Positions 6,720 through 11,748 of a DNA stretch of 11,885 bases are shown piece after piece. The DNA is taken from positions 176,685 through 188,569 of IMG/VR virus record IMGVR_UViG_3300036766_000644. One strand, written 5' to 3'. The stretch is from a virus. The translations under genes and the position numbers were made by a program. Position 1 is the first letter of the stretch. Every line of letters begins with the position of its first letter. Under the pieces are notes generated by a model, which worked only from the letters and a program-made list of their open reading frames with translations, did not search any database and was not told the origin of the DNA.

Positions 6720-7094
6720 ATGACTACACTGAAATCCTTCCTCAACGGAGCTCGTAGAAACGCCTACATCAAGTACCCGGGCTTCAATTTTATGTACGTC
6801 CGACACACCAAGCGGTTCGGTATCGAAGTGATCGACCTCGCCAACCTGGAGGCGAAGGAACCTGGGCGGGGTTCGTTCGCCCGCCTGGTCAAGCACATAC
6901 GTAAGACGTACCCCCACTTGGGGATCTACGTCGAGTGCGTGCTGAACGAACGGTTCGAAGGCAAGTTGCTCGCAATGGGATTCACCCGTTGCGACGTCGG
7001 AATGAGCGCATGCTTTTACCTCTCACCGGAGATGGAGCTGAATGATCAAACCAGTCAAAGAAGCCCTCAACGAAGTTCTATGGAACCTGCGTGA
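6720..7094 (+). CDS. Small GNAT-family N-acetyltransferase-like protein (124 aa).
   Basis: Segment IEVIDLANLEAKEPGRGSFARLVKHI resembles GNAT motif A (R/Q-x-x-G-x-G/A, acetyl-CoA pyrophosphate loop). VLNERFEGKLLAMGFT resembles motif B (N..A..lYek.GF). The 3' end overlaps the next gene by 53 nt in another frame. Confidence 0.4.
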   Translation: MTTLKSFLNGARRNAYIKYPGFNFMYVRHTKRFGIEVIDLANLEAKEPGRGSFARLVKHIRKTYPHLGIYVECVLNERFEGKLLAMGFTRCDVGMSACFYLSPEMELNDQTSQRSPQRSSMEPA

Positions 7095-7380
7095 GGGGCA
7101 GGCCGTAGTAGGCGTCAAGCGTGACAAGTGGATAGCCCTCATCGAGGCTATCCTGCTGGACGCCGAAGAGAATGAGAAGCTCTTCGTCGATACGAAGATG
7201 CGGCTGATGCGTAACCGCTATTCACTCGAAGAGGTGAAGCAGATTGCAAAGGAGTACGCTGCAACCATCGGCGGAACGCAGTTCGGGCGAACCCGGACGG
7301 ACGTGGAAGACGAAGAAGACTGCAGGCGGAACCTCGAGCGTGTGATCCTCGAAGTGACGGAGAAGAGGACGCTTGGCTAA
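7042..7380 (+). CDS. Hypothetical protein (112 aa, MIKPVKEALNEVLWNLREGQAVVG...).
   Basis: Two GGAG boxes 4 and 10 nt upstream of ATG 7042. Composition is protein-like. TAA stop at 7378-7380. Confidence 0.5.
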   Translation: MIKPVKEALNEVLWNLREGQAVVGVKRDKWIALIEAILLDAEENEKLFVDTKMRLMRNRYSLEEVKQIAKEYAATIGGTQFGRTRTDVEDEEDCRRNLERVILEVTEKRTLG

Positions 7381-7594
7381 ACCGAAACAAGACGACCTTT
7401 CCAGGCGCCGTAGGCTCAACAAGGGCCAGTGCCCGACCCACGGAACAGGGCTCGAGCAAATCGGAGTTGCGACGAACCAACAGGGGATTCCTTTCGGGGA
7501 CACGCTCGCGTGCCCCCGGAAGGACTGTGACTTCTGGACGGAAGTCCGACCCGGAACTAAGCTTTGGGAGGTGCTGCGGTCAAGCGGTGGGTGA
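7373..7594 (+). CDS. Small basic zinc-finger-like protein (73 aa; CPTHG...ACPRKDC, KPKQDDLSRRRRLNK N-terminus). Possible DNA-binding regulator. TTG start overlaps the upstream stop.
   Basis: AGAGGA then a 3-nt spacer before the TTG at 7373. ORF ends just before the hairpin/T-run region. The C-x2-H ... C-x4-C spacing suggests a metal-binding knuckle. Confidence 0.4.
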   Translation: MAKPKQDDLSRRRRLNKGQCPTHGTGLEQIGVATNQQGIPFGDTLACPRKDCDFWTEVRPGTKLWEVLRSSGG

Positions 7595-7600
7595 CCGGCA

Positions 7601-7725
7601 TTCCTGAGTACTTGTTCTGTTCGTCCGGGTACTCAGTAACAACTACCGCAGTGGGGGTCTCGGGGACAGCTGCACCTCCCCCCGGGAGACCTCACCGTCT
7701 GGCCCACGAAACGGGCTTGTTTTTT
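7601..7725 (+). terminator. Cluster of stem-loops ending in a T-run: ttcctgagtac[17]gtactcagtaa at 7601-7639, ggtctcgggg...ccccccgggagacc at 7656-7691, then gcccacgaaacgggc followed by ttgtttttt at 7699-7725. Probable end of the first rightward transcription unit.
   Basis: Inverted repeats read directly from the sequence. The T6 run merges into promoter-motif copy 2. Confidence 0.35.
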
Positions 7726-7743
7726 GGGTATCAGTCTTTGAGC
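7716..7743 (+). promoter_or_regulatory. Promoter-like motif copy 2: cttgttttttGGGTATCAGTCTTTGAGC.
   Basis: One of seven direct copies of the conserved motif. Lies 24 nt upstream of ATG 7767. Confidence 0.5.
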
Positions 7744-7766
7744 ATTCCAGCTCAAGAAAGGTACTC

Positions 7767-8378
7767 ATGGCCGACATGTTCGTCAACCGCCACGCTGTGG
7801 CGGGAATCGATACCAAGGTAGTTTTTAAGAAGGACCTCGAGGGCACCGCCCCAGGGATCGAGGGGGTCCCCAAGTGGATGGCGGTGAACTTCGCCGTCGA
7901 GAACATGGGGCCTGTGGAGCTCTTGCTCCATGGGGGGAGTCTCAAGACTCTGATCGAGGTGCTCCAGAAGGGCCTGGAGAAGCTTCGGACGGAGCCGGAG
8001 GTCCTCTACACGGGCCTCTTCCTCACCCCGGAGTTCAAGGGGGCCCTGCTGGAGGCGTATCCGGCCTTCCACCCCCGACTCCACGCCGACCACGTGACAG
8101 TGGTTTTCAGGCCCGACGAGGCCATGCGGTTTCTGCTGGAGCCTCAGATCGGCAAGGAGTTCCCGATCGTGGTCACCGGAGCCGCTGCGGACGAAAAGGG
8201 GCAGGTTGTGGGCGTTAAGATCCCCTCATTCCTGCAGCATGGAGATCAGCGCCCCCACGTCACCATCTCCTGCGCTGTCAATACAGCGCCGGTCTACAGC
8301 AACCAGCTGCTGGACAAGCTGGTGGAGGTGGCGCCCCTCAAGCTGGTGGGGGTGCTCCGGCACTTCATGTCGAAGTAG
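7767..8378 (+). CDS. 2H phosphoesterase superfamily protein (LigT / 2',5' RNA ligase or cyclic phosphodiesterase-like). Candidate RNA-end healing enzyme or cyclic-nucleotide-degrading anti-defence enzyme.
   Basis: Two H-x-T-x motifs, each followed by hydrophobic residues: DHVTVVF at aa 108-114 and PHVTISC at aa 163-169. This pair is the defining signature of the 2H fold. RBS GAAAGG lies 8 nt upstream of the ATG. Confidence 0.55.
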   Translation: MADMFVNRHAVAGIDTKVVFKKDLEGTAPGIEGVPKWMAVNFAVENMGPVELLLHGGSLKTLIEVLQKGLEKLRTEPEVLYTGLFLTPEFKGALLEAYPAFHPRLHADHVTVVFRPDEAMRFLLEPQIGKEFPIVVTGAAADEKGQVVGVKIPSFLQHGDQRPHVTISCAVNTAPVYSNQLLDKLVEVAPLKLVGVLRHFMSK

Positions 8379-8386
8379 CTCCTCCG

Positions 8387-8410
8387 GGGGCCCCTCTTCG
8401 GAGGGGTCCC
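8387..8410 (+). terminator. Stem-loop ggggcccctc-TTCG-gaggggtccc (10-bp stem with 1 mismatch, UUCG tetraloop) after the 2H gene. No adjacent U-tract, so it may be a processing or stability hairpin rather than an intrinsic terminator.
   Basis: Read directly. Belongs to a ~75-bp hairpin+motif module duplicated at 9085-9167 and 9817-9923. Confidence 0.4.
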
Positions 8411-8427
8411 TGGGAGACCCTAAAAGT

Positions 8428-8456
8428 GATCATTTTTAGGGTATTAGACTTTGAAC
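8428..8456 (+). promoter_or_regulatory. Promoter-like motif copy 3: gatcatttttaGGGTATTAGACTTTGAAC.
   Basis: Conserved motif. Lies 21 nt upstream of ATG 8477, which has an AAGGAG RBS. Confidence 0.5.
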
Positions 8457-8476
8457 CCTTACAAAGGAGTTACATC

Positions 8477-9088
8477 ATGGGCTTGCCCGGGAATACCCGA
8501 ACCGTAACGAATCAGTCGGCCACCTGCGAGCAGGAGAACTGCTTCCGAAAGGCGGTGATCCGTCTGCAGGGGGAGACGGACAGTTTCGGAGCTGAGTCCG
8601 CGGAGCTGTGCGAGGAGTGCTACAAGGAGGGCCTCGCGAAGGAGGCGGCCGAGCGGGCCGCTGGAACGCACTGGATGCAGTCGGCGCACTGCGACTGGTG
8701 CAAGAAGAGCGGGGTCGCGGTGTCCCACAAGCGGGACACCGACGGGGAGGGGACCAGCGGTCCGGTCTACCTCGTCTGTGACCCCTGCAGCGATCGGTAT
8801 GACGCTGCGCTCGCTGAAGAGTACCGCGCCGAGAAGCTCCAGAAGATGGGGTACTCCTCCGAGTTGGAGTACCGGTTGGCGCAGCAGGACGCAGAGGACC
8901 GCCTGTGGGAGGACGAGGATGAGGCTCGCCACATGAACTCCCTGTGGTCCCCCACCATGGCGGTGGAGTGGAAGAGGGAGGCCTTCGAGGAGGCGGTCCT
9001 CGGGTACTACTACGATCCGGATACACGGATCGACCGGCTCCACGAGGCGGCCCTCGAGGAGGCCGCTGCCCGGTCCGAGTACTACTGA
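8477..9088 (+). CDS. Acidic Cys-rich protein with four CxxC-type pairs (CEQENC, CEEC, CDWC, CDPC; probably two zinc ribbons) and a strongly acidic C-terminal half.
   Basis: ATG preceded by AAGGAG. About 43 acidic versus 23 basic residues in 203 aa. The 240-aa antisense ORF 8475-9197 is Pro/Arg/Ser-rich junk. Confidence 0.55.
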   Translation: MGLPGNTRTVTNQSATCEQENCFRKAVIRLQGETDSFGAESAELCEECYKEGLAKEAAERAAGTHWMQSAHCDWCKKSGVAVSHKRDTDGEGTSGPVYLVCDPCSDRYDAALAEEYRAEKLQKMGYSSELEYRLAQQDAEDRLWEDEDEARHMNSLWSPTMAVEWKREAFEEAVLGYYYDPDTRIDRLHEAALEEAAARSEYY

Positions 9089-9116
9089 GCTCCCCCAGGG
9101 GCCCCTCTTCGGAGGG
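9085..9116 (+). terminator. Stem-loop cccaggggcccctc-TTCG-gaggggtccctggg (14-bp stem with 1 mismatch, UUCG loop).
   Basis: Read directly. Paralogous to the hairpins at 8387 and 9817. Confidence 0.4.
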
Positions 9117-9137
9117 GTCCCTGGGAAGGCGTAAAAC

Positions 9138-9167
9138 GATCATTTTTAGGGGTATGAGTCTTTGAGC
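9138..9167 (+). promoter_or_regulatory. Promoter-like motif copy 4: gatcatttttaGGGGTATGAGTCTTTGAGC.
   Basis: Conserved motif. Lies 44 nt upstream of ATG 9211. Confidence 0.5.
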
Positions 9168-9210
9168 CCGTACACTGCCTGGCAGTCCGGCGCTCACCCT
9201 TGGAGGGGTG

Positions 9211-9810
9211 ATGAACCCAACACAGAAGAAGATTCAAGAGGCCTTGGTCAACACGATGTTGACCGATTTGACCCACCTCGCGCTGACGTTCAATCAGCGC
9301 AACCCGGGCGAGGGCCAGGTCGGCTCTCGCTGGGACGAGACGCAGAGCCCGGCGAGCCTCATCGCCGCGGCTGAAACCCCCTACGGCTACGACGCCGGAG
9401 ACAATGCATTTGGTGGGTGTGAGTATTTCCAGTTGCCCATTCCGGGCAGTCTGGGGATCCTCCCCATCGACGCGGTCATCCACATGGGGGTTGGCCCGGA
9501 TGGCGCGGAGCGGAAGGTCTCTTTGGAGGACCCCAAGAAGACGACGGGGTCATCTGGGGGTGGCGTCCAGGCGATCCTGGACGTCACGGAGATCCAGTAC
9601 GCGCTCCACGCACGTAAGGTTCGCTTCAGCGTGGTCTCCCTCGGGCGGGAGAAGGAGGGGGCCCCCCTCCAGGTGTTCACGGTTCATCCGGGGGACGTCT
9701 CCCCGTATGTACCGGGCCTCAACAAGCCCGAGCTGATCGGGCGCGTCGTGACGGCGCAGGAGGCCAAGGACCTCGGGGTCCTCATCGTGAAGCTGCGGAT
9801 CCGGGCCTAA
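9211..9810 (+). CDS. Hypothetical protein (199 aa, MNPTQKKIQEALVNTMLTDLTHL...). The GTG at 9208 is an alternative start.
   Basis: GGAGGGG precedes the ATG. Composition is protein-like. TAA stop at 9808-9810, then a perfect hairpin. Confidence 0.55.
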   Translation: MNPTQKKIQEALVNTMLTDLTHLALTFNQRNPGEGQVGSRWDETQSPASLIAAAETPYGYDAGDNAFGGCEYFQLPIPGSLGILPIDAVIHMGVGPDGAERKVSLEDPKKTTGSSGGGVQAILDVTEIQYALHARKVRFSVVSLGREKEGAPLQVFTVHPGDVSPYVPGLNKPELIGRVVTAQEAKDLGVLIVKLRIRA

Positions 9811-9816
9811 ATGCCC

Positions 9817-9846
9817 CCAGGGACCCCTCTTCGGAGGGGTCCCTGG
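9817..9846 (+). terminator. Perfect 13-bp stem-loop ccagggacccctc-TTCG-gaggggtccctgg (UUCG tetraloop), followed at 9857-9866 by a decayed motif fragment cttgtttttagcc.
   Basis: Read directly from the sequence. Confidence 0.45.
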
Positions 9847-9894
9847 CCCGTAGGCCTTGTTTTTAGCCCTAAACGGCCCCAGGATCATAAAACT

Positions 9895-9923
9895 GATCAA
9901 AATGGGGGTATGAGTACTTGAGC
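9895..9923 (+). promoter_or_regulatory. Promoter-like motif copy 5: gatcaaaatgGGGGTATGAGTACTTGAGC. Here the T-run is replaced by aaaatg.
   Basis: Conserved motif. Lies 50 nt upstream of ATG 9973. Confidence 0.45.
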
Positions 9924-9972
9924 CCAAGTATAGCTGTTCCACCCGTAGTCCGGGGCTCAAAAAGGACACCAG

Positions 9973-10200
9973 ATGAGCTACCTCTTCCCCACCACCTCCG
10001 AGAAGATCTTCAACCGTAAGAACCTCTCGGTCGCCGCTGACGTGACTGTCATCGCCACCGCCGCCATCCCCCTCGCCATCTGGCTGTTCGATGCGGCGAA
10101 GGGCCTCGTCGGCACCGCCTCGACGGCCGCCGCGTCGGTCGCCGCGAAGTTCCAGGCCCGCCGCCCGTCGCACGTGTCCTCGATGCAGGACGTCGGCTAA
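9973..10200 (+). CDS. Small membrane protein (75 aa; TM helix VTVIATAAIPLAIWLF).
   Basis: RBS AAAGGA precedes the ATG. One hydrophobic helix. TAA stop, then an intrinsic terminator. Confidence 0.5.
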   Translation: MSYLFPTTSEKIFNRKNLSVAADVTVIATAAIPLAIWLFDAAKGLVGTASTAAASVAAKFQARRPSHVSSMQDVG

Positions 10201-10224
10201 ACGGCTTCGATCCTCCACCCCTAC

Positions 10225-10256
10225 ACGGGGGCCCTCACAGGCCCCCGTTGTTTTTG
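10225..10256 (+). terminator. Rho-independent terminator: acgggggcc-ctcaca-ggcccccgt, then tgtttttg.
   Basis: 9-bp GC-rich stem immediately followed by a U-tract. Confidence 0.6.
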
Positions 10257-10271
10257 CTCAAAGGAGCTCAC

Positions 10272-10415
10272 ATGTCGCGTTTCGATACGTTCGCTTTCGG
10301 GGTCGTCTTCGGGGTAGGCTTCGCCTTGCTGTACGCCGGGGCTAAAGCGGTCTTCGGTACCCACACCTGCTGCTGCCCTGGAACGGGGGCCCCGCTGGAG
10401 GAGTCCAATGCTTGA
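10272..10415 (+). CDS. Small hydrophobic peptide (47 aa, MSRFDTFAFGVVFGVGFALLYAGAKAVFGTHTCCCPGTGAPLEESNA). Not in the ORF track.
   Basis: AAGGAG RBS 5 nt upstream of ATG 10272. Single TM-like segment followed by a CCC motif. TGA at 10413-10415. Confidence 0.4.
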   Translation: MSRFDTFAFGVVFGVGFALLYAGAKAVFGTHTCCCPGTGAPLEESNA

Positions 10416-10569
10416 TCCAATTAAGCTGTTCGCTGACAAACCTCCAGAGGAGTTGACCGGATCAGAGATCCTGGTCAAAGCCATCTTCACGTGCCTCTCC
10501 TTCCTCATGAAGGTGGAGGAGTTCGAGGGTCGCCTCCTGGAAGCCGAGAAGTCCGCCAAGAAGAGCTAA
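10408..10569 (+). CDS. Small protein (53 aa, MLDPIKLFADKPPEELTGSEILVKAIFTCLSFLMKVEEFEGRLLEAEKSAKKS). Its ATG overlaps the upstream stop (ATGCTTGA). Not in the ORF track.
   Basis: GGAGGA RBS 5 nt upstream. Open to the TAA at 10567-10569, then a terminator. Confidence 0.4.
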   Translation: MLDPIKLFADKPPEELTGSEILVKAIFTCLSFLMKVEEFEGRLLEAEKSAKKS

Positions 10570-10573
10570 AAGA

Positions 10574-10612
10574 CGAGCCACCCGGGGGTCCCCTGAGGTG
10601 GCTTTTCTTTTG
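10574..10612 (+). terminator. Rho-independent terminator: agccacc(c)ggggg-tc-cccct(ga)ggtggct, then tttctttt.
   Basis: Long GC-rich stem followed by a U-tract. Confidence 0.55.
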
Positions 10613-10628
10613 ATCAGAAAAGAGCCTC

Positions 10629-10652
10629 TTTTTTAGGTATCAGTCTTTGAGC
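10629..10652 (+). promoter_or_regulatory. Promoter-like motif copy 6: ttttttaGGTATCAGTCTTTGAGC. Lies only 4 nt before ATG 10657, which implies a leaderless or very short-leader mRNA.
   Basis: Conserved motif. No SD lies between the motif and the ATG. Confidence 0.5.
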
Positions 10653-10656
10653 AATC

Positions 10657-11169
10657 ATGCTCGAGAAAGGTGCCTTCGTGGACAAGTCCACTGCTTATGT
10701 TGTGTCCGCCGTCCTTACCACCATCGCCGGGATCGCCGGTTTCTTCCTCGGTCGTCGCAATGACGCCGAGCGTACCGCCTCCGCCCTCGAGCGGCAGGCG
10801 CTGATCGCCGCTGAGAAGGCGGCGAGCGAGCGTACCTACACGCTCCAGATCAAGGCCACCACGCAGGCCCGCCAGGAGGCCGCCGAGGCGGAGCGCCAGG
10901 AGGCGGCGCGGATCGCCGCCCTCACCCCCGCCCAGCGGGAAGCCTTCGAGTCGGAGCGCAAGCACAAGGAGGAGGCGGCCAACGCCCGCATCGCCGCCCA
11001 GCGGGAGGCCGACGCTGCCTACGCCATCGCTGCCGCCGAGCAGCGCCAGGCGCTGGCCGCTGAGGAGATGGTTCGCGAGACGCGGCGCCTTCGCCGGGAG
11101 ATCGCGGACGTCGCCTACACGGCGCCGTCTCCGGCGTACTACCTGGGCCTGTACACCCGGGGGTACTGA
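10657..11169 (+). CDS. Membrane-anchored coiled-coil protein. N-terminal TM (VVSAVLTTIAGIAGFFLG), then an Ala/Glu/Arg/Gln-rich helical region. The topology resembles an i-spanin or Rz, but the function is unknown.
   Basis: 170-aa ORF. The 201-aa antisense ORF is Arg/Gly/Leu-rich junk. TGA stop, then a terminator. Confidence 0.5.
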   Translation: MLEKGAFVDKSTAYVVSAVLTTIAGIAGFFLGRRNDAERTASALERQALIAAEKAASERTYTLQIKATTQARQEAAEAERQEAARIAALTPAQREAFESERKHKEEAANARIAAQREADAAYAIAAAEQRQALAAEEMVRETRRLRREIADVAYTAPSPAYYLGLYTRGY

Positions 11170-11182
11170 GTCACGCCGTCCG

Positions 11183-11215
11183 CCGCCCACAGAACATCGT
11201 GGGCGGTTTCTTTTG
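11183..11215 (+). terminator. Rho-independent terminator: ccgcccac-agaacatc-gtgggcgg, then tttcttttg.
   Basis: 8-bp stem followed by a U-tract. Confidence 0.55.
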
Positions 11216-11227
11216 CCTAGGAGTGCC

Positions 11228-11677
11228 ATGGAACTCATCCTGCTGTGCGGGATCTCTGGGTCGGGTAAGACGACCTACCGTGACAAACACTTTCCCGACG
11301 CAGTTCTGGCGTCGGCAGACGATGGAATGATGGAGAACGGGATCTACGTGTTCCGAGGGTCCAACCTCGAGCACGCCCACGGAGCTTGTTTCCGGCGGGT
11401 AATCGAGGCCCTTCAGTCTCGCCGCCCGCTGGTGGTTGTGGACAATACGAACATCACCATTGAAGCGGTGGCCCCGTATATGTCCGCAGGGGAAGCCTAC
11501 GGGTACAAGGTCCGGCTCCTCTGCCTGAAGTTGGCCCCCGAGATCGCTGGCCCTCGGAACACCCACAAGGTACCGCAGGCCAAGGTCGAGGAGATGGCAA
11601 AGACGTTCGACGCCTTCCTCAAGAACCTCCCAAGGCGCTGGAAAGCACGCGTAGAACTGGTCCCCGCCGATCCGTAG
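11228..11677 (+). CDS. P-loop kinase of the polynucleotide-kinase / AAA_33 type (MELILLCGISGSGKTT ... PLVVVDNTNI).
   Basis: Walker A GISGSGKTT at the N-terminus. The hhhhDNTN Walker-B-like motif, as I recall it, is characteristic of PNK-family kinases. AGGAG RBS 4 nt upstream of ATG 11228. The track starts 15 nt earlier, with no RBS. Confidence 0.5.
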   Translation: MELILLCGISGSGKTTYRDKHFPDAVLASADDGMMENGIYVFRGSNLEHAHGACFRRVIEALQSRRPLVVVDNTNITIEAVAPYMSAGEAYGYKVRLLCLKLAPEIAGPRNTHKVPQAKVEEMAKTFDAFLKNLPRRWKARVELVPADP

Positions 11678-11694
11678 GCGGGGGCCTTTTTTTG
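11662..11694 (+). terminator. Hairpin ccccgcc-gatccgtag-ggcgggg, then gcc and ttttttt, which merges into motif copy 7.
   Basis: 7-bp GC stem, 3 nt, then a T7 run. Confidence 0.45.
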
Positions 11695-11710
11695 GTATCA
11701 GATCTTGAGC
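11686..11710 (+). promoter_or_regulatory. Promoter-like motif copy 7: ctttttttGGTATCAGATCTTGAGC.
   Basis: Conserved motif. Lies 38 nt upstream of ATG 11749. Confidence 0.45.
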
Positions 11711-11748
11711 CTCAGCTTTACTCCCACGGGCTCGGAAAGGTACCACAC

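Noticed and set aside
6429-6917. 162-aa minus ORF spanning the divergent promoter region
   Set aside because: Runs through the intergenic control region and antisense into the GNAT-like gene. Arg/Thr/Ser-rich.
7564-7821. 85-aa plus ORF across the 7600-7760 intergenic region
   Set aside because: Covers hairpins, a T-run and promoter-motif copy 2. Poor composition. The real gene starts at 7767 with an RBS.
8475-9197. 240-aa minus ORF, with similar long antisense ORFs at 9550-10218, 10633-11238, 11171-11746, 7148-7480 and 7222-7503
   Set aside because: All are Pro/Arg/Gly/Ser-rich and span terminators and promoter motifs of the plus-strand cassettes. They are classic antisense artefacts of high-GC3 genes.
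6686-11710. Repeated 24-bp motif as a CRISPR array
   Set aside because: Copies are 700-1000 bp apart with full genes between them, not 25-50-bp spacers. The motif is always upstream of a start codon.
6686-11710. Reading TTTTTAGG as an archaeal TATA box about 25 nt upstream of leaderless starts (haloarchaeal virus)
   Set aside because: Encoded proteins are near-neutral or Lys-rich rather than massively acidic. A peptidoglycan-directed NlpC/P60-like hydrolase and SD-type RBSs (AAGGAG, GGAGGA) point to a bacterial host.
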